A stretch of DNA of 64,000 nucleotides from Candidatus Latescibacterota bacterium (lineage in GTDB: Bacteria; Latescibacterota; UBA2968): positions 768,001 to 832,000 of the forward strand of contig OZ242311.1 in assembly GCA_965207885.1 (NCBI GenBank), in the 5' to 3' direction. The notes below the pieces were generated by a model. That model was given only the letters and a program-made list of their open reading frames with translations, did no database searches and was not told the DNA's origin. The translations under genes were made by a program, and so were the position numbers. Below are positions 1-7,984 of this stretch, piece after piece (within the stretch, counting starts at the first letter, position 1; the number at the start of each line of letters is the position of its first letter).

Positions 1-73
1 TGCGTTTTGGACGCTTTAAGATACCAAATTTTGGGTGTGAGGATGTAAGAATATTTAGTAGTCAGTAGTCAGT

Positions 74-129
74 GTGGAGGCGAGGCATGCCTCGCCCGTC
101 ATTGCGGCATGCTGTAAGCCGCAATCCAG
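74..129 (+). repeat. Composite REP-like palindromes (GTAG-type followed by CGTC-type)
   Basis: GTGGAGGCGAGGCATGCCTCGCCC hairpin directly followed by GTCATTGCGGC...GCCGCAATCCAG; the second motif recurs 7 more times in the window. Confidence 0.75.
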
Positions 130-202
130 TGGTTTTTTTTATTGTTGTTATACTCCTTGTGGTATAATTTAACGTTTAAACAACGAGACAGGAGGGAAAG
201 CC

Positions 203-1369
203 ATGGCCGAGCGTAAGAAAATTGCAGCGGTGATTACGTCGTATTTCCCGCGGTCACATGCCGATGTGATTGTGACGAAGTTTTTGAAGGGGTTTCCAAC
301 AGATAATGGGTTGCTTTCGCCAGAGGTGGATGTGGTGTCGATGTATCTGGATCAGGTGCATTTCGGACAGGATATCGGGTGCGCGATTGCAGAGGAATTC
401 GATGTGCCGATGTATGGGAGTATTAATCAGGCGTTGACTTTGGGCGGTGATAAGCTGGCGGTGGATGGGGTGTTGCTGATTGGCGAGCACGGCGATTATC
501 CCTGGAATGAGAAGGAGCAACATATGTATCCCCGCAAGTATTTTTTTGAGCAGATTTGCGGGGTGTTCGCTTCGTCGGGGCGGTCTGTGCCGGTGTTTAG
601 CGATAAGCATCTTTCGTATAATTGGCACGATGCAAAGTGGATGTGTGATCGCGCGCGGGAGCTGGAGGTGCCGTTTATGGCGGGGTCGTCTCTGCCGCTT
701 GCATGGCGCAAGCCGTGGCTTGAGTATGAGTTGGATACGGAGATTGAGACGGCGATGTCGGTGGCTTTTGGGGGGCTTGATTCTTATGGTTTTCACGCGT
801 TGGAGACGCTGCAGTGTATGGTTGAGCGCCGCGCGGGTGGAGAGACGGGGATTGTGGCGGTGCAGTGTCTGGAGGGGGATGATGTCTGGGCGTCGGATGC
901 GTGGGATCGCGATTTGTACGCGGCGGCGATAGCGCATATTGAGGCGAAGGAAGATGGCGATGCGCGCGAGCATTGCGAGAATCCGGCTGTTTTTTTGATA
1001 GAGTATGCAGATGGGTTGAGGGCGGCGACGTTTATGTTGAATGGGTACACGCGAGGGTGGGGTTTTGCGGCGCGGCGCAATGGCGCAGTGGATAATATGC
1101 GCGTTTTTTTGCCGGATAATCCGCATGCGCATTTCAGTTATTTGAGTTTGAATATTCAGCAGATGTTTTTGACGGGTAAGTCTCAGTATCCGGTTGAGCG
1201 CACGTTGCTGATTTCCGGTGCGCTGGAGGCGTTGATAGATTCGCGGTATGAGGGGTACAGGCGGATTGAGACGCCGCATCTGGATATATCTTATCGTTCT
1301 TATGAGGAGATGCCGATTCGGCCCACGAATCCCGATCCGATAGGCGCGAGTTTGGTGCCGTTTGATTAA
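203..1369 (+). CDS. Conserved hypothetical protein, probable Gfo/Idh/MocA-like Rossmann oxidoreductase
   Basis: 388 aa ORF with GGAGG RBS; VDGVLLIGEHG, PVFSDKHL, MAGSSLP and YGFHALE segments resemble degenerate Gfo/Idh/MocA motifs. Confidence 0.6.
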   Translation: MAERKKIAAVITSYFPRSHADVIVTKFLKGFPTDNGLLSPEVDVVSMYLDQVHFGQDIGCAIAEEFDVPMYGSINQALTLGGDKLAVDGVLLIGEHGDYPWNEKEQHMYPRKYFFEQICGVFASSGRSVPVFSDKHLSYNWHDAKWMCDRARELEVPFMAGSSLPLAWRKPWLEYELDTEIETAMSVAFGGLDSYGFHALETLQCMVERRAGGETGIVAVQCLEGDDVWASDAWDRDLYAAAIAHIEAKEDGDAREHCENPAVFLIEYADGLRAATFMLNGYTRGWGFAARRNGAVDNMRVFLPDNPHAHFSYLSLNIQQMFLTGKSQYPVERTLLISGALEALIDSRYEGYRRIETPHLDISYRSYEEMPIRPTNPDPIGASLVPFD

Positions 1370-1388
1370 TTTGTGTCTCTGTTCGAAT

Positions 1389-1470
1389 GTCATTGCGGTA
1401 TGGTCCCCTGCTTAAATCATGCAGGGGCATGCTTGAGCCGCCACGCGAAGCATGACGCCAGTAATCCAGT
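1389..1470 (+). repeat. CGTC-type REP-like element with nested palindrome
   Basis: GTCATTGCGG...AATCCAGT enclosing the CCCCTGCTTAAATCATGCAGGGG hairpin. Confidence 0.7.
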
Positions 1471-1486
1471 GTTTTTTGGAAAACCT

Positions 1487-1846
1487 ATGGGCGATTCCTT
1501 ATTGCTAAAGTGTGTTAAAAATCCCGAGCGCGAGCGGGTTTATACGATTGATTTTGAGACGTCGGAGTTTACGGCGCTGTACGCGGTGACAGGGCAGCCG
1601 ATTTTTGCCGCGATTTCGATTTCTTATGTGCCAGGAGAGGTGTGTGTGGAGCAGATGTCGTTGAAGCGGTATTTGGGATCGTTTCGGGATGAGAAGGTGT
1701 TTTACGAGGGAGCGGTTAATAAAATTGTGGATGATTTTGTAGCGGCGTGCGATCCTCTATCGTTAGATGTGACAGGTGATTTTACGGTACGAGGTGGGAT
1801 TGAGACGCGGGTGTCTGTGGCGTATGAGCGCGAGGATGAGGTATGA
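1487..1846 (+). CDS. QueF-like T-fold protein, catalytically degenerate
   Basis: EFTALYAVTGQPIFA / VEQMSLKRYLGSFRD / FYE / RGGI align with type I QueF, but catalytic Cys is Tyr and Asp is Ile; start moved to ATG 1487 because the upstream part is a REP. Confidence 0.8.
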   Translation: MGDSLLLKCVKNPERERVYTIDFETSEFTALYAVTGQPIFAAISISYVPGEVCVEQMSLKRYLGSFRDEKVFYEGAVNKIVDDFVAACDPLSLDVTGDFTVRGGIETRVSVAYEREDEV

Positions 1847-2193
1847 GTGTGTTAGAGGCGTTTGACAATCCGAATCCAGAGCGGCGTTATACGATTGAGT
1901 TTACGTTTCCGGAGTTTACGTCGCTGTGTCCCAAGACGGGGCAGCCGGATTTTGCGACGATTGTGATCTGGTATGTTCCGGGTCCGCGGTGTGTGGAGTT
2001 GCGGTCGCTGAAGCACTATTTCTGGTCGTTCCGAGATCAGGGGATTTATATGGAGCCTGTGACGAATCAGATTTTGAACGATCTGGTAGATCTGTGCGAT
2101 CCGATTGAGATGGAGGTGATCAGCCGTTTCAATATTCGCGGTGGTGTAGATCACGAGATTACGGCGTCGTATCAGCGGGCAGATGAGGGGTAG
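1843..2193 (+). CDS. queF: NADPH-dependent preQ0 nitrile reductase QueF (type I)
   Basis: EFTSLCPKTGQPDFA, VELRSLKHY, RGG motifs; ATGA overlap with the upstream paralogue. Confidence 0.88.
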   Translation: MSVLEAFDNPNPERRYTIEFTFPEFTSLCPKTGQPDFATIVIWYVPGPRCVELRSLKHYFWSFRDQGIYMEPVTNQILNDLVDLCDPIEMEVISRFNIRGGVDHEITASYQRADEG

Positions 2194-4111
2194 AGAAACC
2201 CCGCTCATTCTCACCCACCGCAGGCTTCGACGCACCGAAGATCACATCAACCCCTCTGCCTTGAAGGGCTGGAATGTGCGTGTTGATTGATGTGGCACTT
2301 AGCGGGTTTCCTCTCAAATCAACCCTATCTTCACTGCTCAATCCCGTATTTGCCACTAATGGCGAGATATCCACGATGGTGTTGTAGTTAAGATATAGCC
2401 ATTTCAGACCGGTCAAGCCTGAGAGTACCGATATGTCCGAGATGGTGTTGCGCGAAAGACTTAGCCCCGTCAGATAGTTTAAGCCCGCCAGTGCCGAGAC
2501 ATCCGAGATCGCGTTTTCGCCAAGCGCCAGATATACCAGATTTGTCAAGTTCGCCAGTGCCGAGACATCTGAGATCGCGTTTTCGCCAAGCGCCAGTATT
2601 ATCAGGTTGGTCAAGCCTGCCAGTGCCGACACATCTGAGATCGCGTTGCCGCCAAGCCCCAGCCTTTCCAACCTGGTCAAGCCCGCCAGTGCCGAGACAT
2701 CTGAGATCGCGTTGCCGCCAAGCCCCAGCACTATCAGGTTGGTCAAGCCCGCCAGTGCCGACACGTCCGAGATGTTGTTAGAGCTAAGATCCAGTCCTAT
2801 CAGGTTGGTCAAGCCTGCCAGTGCCGACACGTCCGAGATGTTGTTAGAGATAAAATTCAGCCCTTCCAGATTTGTCAAGTTCGCAAGCGGCGATATATCC
2901 GAGGTAAAGTTGTCTCTAAGATCCAGTCGTTTCAGATTTGTCAAGTTCGCAAGCGGCGATATATCCGAGGTAAAGTTGTCTCTAAGATCCAGTTCTTCCA
3001 GATTTGTTAAGTTCACAAGCGGCGATATATCCGAGATTAAGTTATGCCGTAGCCATAGCGTTGTCAGACTGGTCAAGTGCCCCAGCGCGGATACATCTGT
3101 AAGGCCAGTGAAGGAAAGCTCCAGGCTTGTCAGGTTGGTCAGGCTTGATAATGGCGAGAGGTCGTATATACGGTTACTATTACTCCAACCTGCATCAAAC
3201 ACGTGCTCCATACCAAGATTTAAACTTGTCAGACGAGTTGCAAACTCCAGTCCGGTCAAATCTCTGATGTTCGAGTTCGGCACTTCCAGAACGGTCAAGC
3301 TCGCTATCTCCCTCCTTCTGATCGGCGCACCACTCGCCTTGCCCAGACTGTCCGCAATGACCGCACGCAGGTTTGCATCTGGAATGTCAACGATCAATGT
3401 ACTGCCACCGCCAGAAGAAGGCCCTCCTTTGCCAAAGCTGCTGCTAAAAAGCAGAAAATCGCCAAAGCCAATCGCACCATCGCTGTTCAGATCGTACTTC
3501 GCTTCATATCGCCCATCGCCCTGATGTGCCCCAAACTGACCCGCAAACGCTAAAAAGTCGGAAAAATTAACCATACCATCGCCGTCGAAGTCCGATGTGA
3601 GGGCTTGAAACTGTAACTCAACGCGCGTATTCAGGGTTACAGCCTCAAATTGCCCACCCCGACTGAGTTCTGCACGCACCAACCGAATTGCCGTGCCTGA
3701 AAATCCGGCTGTTGTGCGAAAGCGAACTGTACCCACCAGACCGCTGTTGGCAGTTGCTTGACCACCGAGAGATGCGATGCCAATCTCGACAAAACCTGTA
3801 CCTTGCTCTGGGAGTGCCTGAGCATTGGGCAATACGTCTCCCACGCCAAAGCCCTCGTAAGTCACTTGACTGGCATCGTATTCAAAGCGCACCGCAAGGC
3901 CGTTCGCATTTTGTATATCTTTGCCGAAGATCTGAATGGCGACAACCTGATCAGCAGACACATTGAGGGACGTGACCGCTTGATCACCCGCGGTATCATT
4001 TACATCCAGCGATAGGGAAAAGCTATTTTGTGCCGAAAGAGACGGGGGGTGTATCAGAAGCGCGAGTATTGATAAAATTGATAGAATTAGATTCCGCATC
4101 GGTTTCTGCAT
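2159..4111 (-). CDS. Secreted internalin-like LRR protein with cohesin-like and dockerin/EF-hand domains
   Basis: Signal peptide; beta-rich N-terminal domain (FEYDASQVTYEGF...LVGTVRFRT); DFDGDGMVNFSDF and DLNSDGAIGFGDF; IPDANLRAVI LRR cap and about 13 22-aa repeats (NxISDVSALAGLTNL). Confidence 0.88.
   Translation of the reverse strand: MQKPMRNLILSILSILALLIHPPSLSAQNSFSLSLDVNDTAGDQAVTSLNVSADQVVAIQIFGKDIQNANGLAVRFEYDASQVTYEGFGVGDVLPNAQALPEQGTGFVEIGIASLGGQATANSGLVGTVRFRTTAGFSGTAIRLVRAELSRGGQFEAVTLNTRVELQFQALTSDFDGDGMVNFSDFLAFAGQFGAHQGDGRYEAKYDLNSDGAIGFGDFLLFSSSFGKGGPSSGGGSTLIVDIPDANLRAVIADSLGKASGAPIRRREIASLTVLEVPNSNIRDLTGLEFATRLTSLNLGMEHVFDAGWSNSNRIYDLSPLSSLTNLTSLELSFTGLTDVSALGHLTSLTTLWLRHNLISDISPLVNLTNLEELDLRDNFTSDISPLANLTNLKRLDLRDNFTSDISPLANLTNLEGLNFISNNISDVSALAGLTNLIGLDLSSNNISDVSALAGLTNLIVLGLGGNAISDVSALAGLTRLERLGLGGNAISDVSALAGLTNLIILALGENAISDVSALANLTNLVYLALGENAISDVSALAGLNYLTGLSLSRNTISDISVLSGLTGLKWLYLNYNTIVDISPLVANTGLSSEDRVDLRGNPLSATSINTHIPALQGRGVDVIFGASKPAVGENERGFSTPHLPADTTP
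2400..3160. repeat. 66-bp tandem repeats encoding the LRR units
   Basis: Near-identical neighbouring units, e.g. gatttgtcaagttcgcaagcggcgatatatccgaggtaaagttgtctctaagatccagt at ~2869 and ~2935. Confidence 0.85.
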
Positions 4112-4187
4112 GAGTTACAAATTCCTTTTGATTAAAACTGACTGCTTGTTTTTCTCACGGTTGACCGCTAATCGCTGACAGCTTATT

Positions 4188-4877
4188 TTAGTTATTTATC
4201 GCCAGTCGCGTCGCTTCTAAGAACGTTTCGTAGTTCCAAGAACCATTAAGCTTACGGACAATCACACCCCTGGCGTCCAGAAAGAAAGATGTGGGATAGC
4301 CTGTAACCTCATACGCATTGTTCACTTCTCCCGTCGAGTCGAGAACAAAAGTCCAGGTGTACCCGTATCCTGTGACAAAACGCTGCACCTGGATGCGTGT
4401 TTCTCGTACGTCAATGCCGACGATCTGGATAGAGTCGCCCATGGTATTTTGCAATTTTTGCATGGCGGGCATTTCAATAATACAGGGACTACACCAGGTT
4501 GCCCAGAAGTTGAGGAATACGGGTTTGCCGCGCTGTTCATAGAGGTTGAATGATTCGCCAGTGAGGGTTCTCAGCGTAAAGTCAGGGGCTTGCATCCCAA
4601 CTTGAATACCAACGGGAGCTGTTGGGACAGGTGTGGTTGTTGTTTCCTGCCCGTAGAATTGGGCAAAAATGACAAAGTCCCGAAAATCGACTGCGCCATC
4701 CCCGTTCAGGTCAAACCGGGTCTGGGTTGTCCCATACCCCTGTGAAAATGCGATAAAATCGGCAAAATCCACTTTGCCGCTGTTATTGAAATCGCAATCT
4801 GATGGGGTTGCCGCTGCGTGTACATAGGCAGGTAGGAGCAGTAATATCAATGTGAGGACATACTTAAACATGAGCAT
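4188..4877 (-). CDS. TlpA/ResA-family thiol-disulfide redoxin with N-terminal dockerin/EF-hand pair
   Basis: Signal peptide; DFNNSGKVDFADF and DLNGDGAVDFRDF; APDFTL, NFWATWCSPC; GGAGG RBS before ATG 4877. Confidence 0.9.
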   Translation of the reverse strand: MLMFKYVLTLILLLLPAYVHAAATPSDCDFNNSGKVDFADFIAFSQGYGTTQTRFDLNGDGAVDFRDFVIFAQFYGQETTTTPVPTAPVGIQVGMQAPDFTLRTLTGESFNLYEQRGKPVFLNFWATWCSPCIIEMPAMQKLQNTMGDSIQIVGIDVRETRIQVQRFVTGYGYTWTFVLDSTGEVNNAYEVTGYPTSFFLDARGVIVRKLNGSWNYETFLEATRLAINN

Positions 4878-4916
4878 ACCTCCAGAAAATGCAGGCATAT
4901 TCATTTAAAAGTAGCA

Positions 4917-4932
4917 GGCAACTTTCGTGCCA
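4917..4932 (-). promoter_or_regulatory. Sigma54 (-24/-12) promoter
   Basis: Minus strand reads TGGCACGAAAGTTGCC, matching TGGCAC-N5-TTGC, 40 bp upstream of the redoxin start. Confidence 0.8.
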
Positions 4933-5199
4933 AAAGTATCTTTTCTATTTAATAATATTATGCGAAATAATTTTTAAAAAAATAGCCAATTAAAAACTCG
5001 TTGTCAAGATTAGAGTGCGAAATAATTAGCAGTATTTTTGATGTCCAGAATGAATGCCCACAATCGGACCATCCACAAAATAAAAAGCAAGCGTGAAGCA
5101 TGCCCAAATCATTCAGATGAGAGACGTGAAGGGTAATAAAATTAGTGCAACGACGAAGGGAGTATATGTTTGATGTGCGTTCCCAAGGATAGGATACAT

Positions 5200-6489
5200 G
5201 TGTCAGATCTGGCGCGTGAGATTGAGCGTCTAATTGCACAGGGTGAATTGTGGCCGGGCTTTGATCCGCTCGCGATTCCTCTTGTTTTTTATGACGGTGA
5301 CGATACATACCTTTTTCGGTGTTCGGAGGTTCCCGAGGGTTTCAGGGAGATGCGGGTTGGTGAATGCGATGTGTTCGTGTACGATGGACGCTATCCCGTC
5401 GTGACTGCCAGCAGTGTTGTCGAGATTGAGGGAACGCCGGCAGCCAGTGTTATGTTCGATGGATCGGCAAATCAATCGCCGACAGTTATAGCTTCGTTAG
5501 CAATTCACGAGGCATTTCATGTCTATCAACAGGCTTGTCATCCCACCTGGCAGGGAAACGAAACTGTGCTTTATCTTTATCCGGTGGATGATGCGGATTT
5601 GCTGTCTCTTCGGCGGATGGAGACAGAGGCGTTGCGACGGGCGCTCGCTGCGAATGGGTCCGAGGAGAAGCGATGTTGGACGTTGCGGGCACTCAGGGCG
5701 CGGCAGGATCGATATGCGGGGATGGATCCGGAGTTTTCTACCTATGAACGGGGTACAGAGTTGCTGGAAGGACTTGCCTCTTATGTGGAGGCGATGTCTG
5801 TGGGACAGATGAGTGTGGATTTGCCACGGGAGGGTTATGCCGCGAATGAGGTGCGCGGACGCTGCTACGAGATAGGGCATGCGCTTGCGGTTTTGCTCGA
5901 TGCGTTTGCGCCAATGTGGAAGACGGTGTTTGAAGCGGATGATGAGCAGGCGTTGGATTTATATCTCGCGGAAGTTCTCGAAAAGAGAGATGGGGGGCGT
6001 CAGTGTGGTGACTTTACCGAGGCGGAGATCGCGCATTTTGAAGCTGTTGCGAAAGAAGATGTGCAAGATCTGCTTGCACAGCGGTCTGAGGAAAAGCGGG
6101 CGTTTGATTCACAGGCGGGAATGCGCTTGTCTGTTATAGCACCTGATACAGTTCCTCTGCGGGCGAGCGGTTGGGATCCCAGTAATCTCATGATTGTAGA
6201 GGGGGGTGTTCTTCATACGCGGTTCGTTAATATCCGTCACGAGAGTGGTCAAGTAGAGATGCTGACGGATAGGATGGATGATGTTGTGGCGCTGACTGTG
6301 GCAAAGGGTCCCCATCCGCTGATGAATGGCGTTCTGAGGTTGACGATAGCGGGGCTTGATGCATTAGAGGTGGTGTCTGACGGCGAGGCGGTGAATATTT
6401 CTGGCTCTGGCCTGACCGCCCAATTCACCAATGCAACCGTGGATGAAAATGATGGGCAGGTTACTGTATATCTGGATAAGCAGAACTGA
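5200..6489 (+). CDS. Putative zinc metallopeptidase (gluzincin-like)
   Basis: HEAFH (HExxH) plus downstream EGLASY; GTG start at 5200 inferred from the AGGA RBS. Confidence 0.6.
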   Translation: MSDLAREIERLIAQGELWPGFDPLAIPLVFYDGDDTYLFRCSEVPEGFREMRVGECDVFVYDGRYPVVTASSVVEIEGTPAASVMFDGSANQSPTVIASLAIHEAFHVYQQACHPTWQGNETVLYLYPVDDADLLSLRRMETEALRRALAANGSEEKRCWTLRALRARQDRYAGMDPEFSTYERGTELLEGLASYVEAMSVGQMSVDLPREGYAANEVRGRCYEIGHALAVLLDAFAPMWKTVFEADDEQALDLYLAEVLEKRDGGRQCGDFTEAEIAHFEAVAKEDVQDLLAQRSEEKRAFDSQAGMRLSVIAPDTVPLRASGWDPSNLMIVEGGVLHTRFVNIRHESGQVEMLTDRMDDVVALTVAKGPHPLMNGVLRLTIAGLDALEVVSDGEAVNISGSGLTAQFTNATVDENDGQVTVYLDKQN

Positions 6490-6519
6490 GCATTTTTACG
6501 AAAAAAAAGCCCATAGGAC

Positions 6520-6548
6520 TTGCTTTAGTCTAAAAGGTCTGTTATAAT
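6520..6548 (+). promoter_or_regulatory. Sigma70-type promoter
   Basis: TTGCTT-17 nt-TATAAT upstream of the 6593 ORF. Confidence 0.55.
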
Positions 6549-6592
6549 TCCATAGACGGAGTATAGACCACTACACACGAAGAAAGAAACCC

Positions 6593-6880
6593 ATGCAGAT
6601 TCCGACACCACAAGACAAACTGTCCGAAATGGACGCCCGCCTGGCGCGCGTCGAGGGAATTGCTGAACAAATGAACACGCGCTTAACTAGCCTTGAAACC
6701 CGCGTTGACAACGGCTTTTCCAATATAGACACCCGGTTGACCAACATGGATACCCGGTTGACCAACATGGACACTCGCAATAACAGCAATTTCAGGTGGC
6801 TTATTGGCCTGCTAGTCGTTGTGTTGCTTGCAAATGTCGGTACAGCCGTTTCAATCATCATGACCTTTGCTAAGCCCTGA
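6593..6880 (+). CDS. Small coiled-coil protein with C-terminal TM helix (DUF1640/XhlA-like)
   Basis: Heptad repeats (DTRLTNM), 21-bp DNA repeats, hydrophobic FRWLIGLLVVVLL tail. Confidence 0.7.
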   Translation: MQIPTPQDKLSEMDARLARVEGIAEQMNTRLTSLETRVDNGFSNIDTRLTNMDTRLTNMDTRNNSNFRWLIGLLVVVLLANVGTAVSIIMTFAKP

Positions 6881-6928
6881 ACAGAAAAGGGCTTCTCGAA
6901 TGCGCCACTACAAATATGAAATTTCTCC

Positions 6929-6960
6929 CCCGGTCTCAATTTAAGATCGGGTTTTTTATT
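6929..6960 (+). terminator. Rho-independent terminator
   Basis: cccggtct-caattta-agatcggg hairpin followed by a T run. Confidence 0.6.
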
Positions 6961-7050
6961 TTATCACTTCACTTTATACTTTATTGCCGATACGTAAGTG
7001 CCTATAATTGGATTAGTGCAGTATCAATCGCATAAAAAGAGGAGAGAGTC

Positions 7051-7860
7051 ATGTCTGTGCTTACGGAAGACGAGATCCGTTTTTTCAAACGCGAAGGCTA
7101 TCTGGTGAAGAAGGGTGCTCTGGATCCCGAGTTGTGCGCCCGTGCGCGCGAGCGCCTGTGGGACGATCCGCCGCCGAGTCTGAAGAAAGACGATCCCGAT
7201 TCGTGGGTGGGTCCCATTAAGCCGGAAGAGGAATCAATGGATAGCAGCAATTACAAGCGCGGTTATCGCTGGCAATACCGCAAGGTGGGCAGAGAGCCCT
7301 GGATGGTCGAGTTGTTGGCAAAAAATCCGGTTGTGTGGGGTGCTGCGGAGCAGATGCTGGGTAAGAATAATTTCCCAGAGCCTACAGGTGTGCGCGGTAT
7401 TTATTGCACGTTGCCCTATGGTGATGTGGAGCGCCAACCGCGTCATTTGCATGTGGATGCCCATGCGTTCAATTTTGCAGTGGTGGGTTATATCGATCAC
7501 GTTCCCGAAGATGGCGGCGGTTTTACGGTGTGGCCCAAGAGCCATCGCACGTTTTTCTTCGATTACCAGACGCGCTATCTCAGGGAGCCATTGCCCCGGA
7601 TGGAGAAGCATAGAGAGGCGTTTCAATCTTGTGACGAGAATTCATATCAGACACATGGCGAACCCGGTGATATTGTTTTCTGGCATCACCGCATTGGGCA
7701 TATGGCGTCGGCCAATTATTCGCGGCAGATTCGAAAGGCGGTGTTGTACGATTTCAAGCTGAACGATATGCCCCAGCTTCAGGAAGAACCTCCGGGGGAT
7801 GATATCTGGGTCGATTGGACAGATGATGTACGGGATGTGTCGATTGAGGATGGGGAATGA
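7051..7860 (+). CDS. PhyH-family 2OG/Fe(II) dioxygenase
   Basis: FFKREGYLV, HVD motif, VWPKSH, PGDIVFWH, second His (IGH). Confidence 0.9.
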   Translation: MSVLTEDEIRFFKREGYLVKKGALDPELCARARERLWDDPPPSLKKDDPDSWVGPIKPEEESMDSSNYKRGYRWQYRKVGREPWMVELLAKNPVVWGAAEQMLGKNNFPEPTGVRGIYCTLPYGDVERQPRHLHVDAHAFNFAVVGYIDHVPEDGGGFTVWPKSHRTFFFDYQTRYLREPLPRMEKHREAFQSCDENSYQTHGEPGDIVFWHHRIGHMASANYSRQIRKAVLYDFKLNDMPQLQEEPPGDDIWVDWTDDVRDVSIEDGE

Positions 7861-7875
7861 GGGGAGGGTCATCGA

Positions 7876-7968
7876 ATGGATGTTCAATTTTGGGCATTGA
7901 TCTGGGTGGGGGTTGTGGTTATTGTGCTGGGTGTGCTGTTGTATTATGTGATTAAGTCTTATAAATAA
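7876..7968 (+). CDS. 30-aa single-pass membrane microprotein
   Basis: MDVQFWALIWVGVVVIVLGVLLYYVIKSYK*; GGGGAGG RBS upstream; fills the gap between two co-oriented genes; below the ORF-track cutoff. Confidence 0.6.
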   Translation: MDVQFWALIWVGVVVIVLGVLLYYVIKSYK

Positions 7969-7984
7969 TCAGGGGATTTATCCG

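Noticed and set aside
254-1393. Long antisense ORFs (also 26003-27001, 52375-53316, 57544-58395, 60040-60849)
   Set aside because: Shadow frames of real genes, rich in R/H/P/I and without motifs
1370-1486. Possible preQ1 riboswitch upstream of the queF pair
   Set aside because: The hairpins match the REP family found across the window; no preQ1 aptamer consensus or A-rich tail is visible
2400-3160. Regular repeats resembling a CRISPR array or DGR template
   Set aside because: 66-bp in-frame units encoding LRRs; no unique spacers, cas genes or reverse transcriptase
4958-5308. 116-aa minus-strand ORF
   Set aside because: Runs through an AT-rich regulatory region and antisense to the metalloprotease start; no motif
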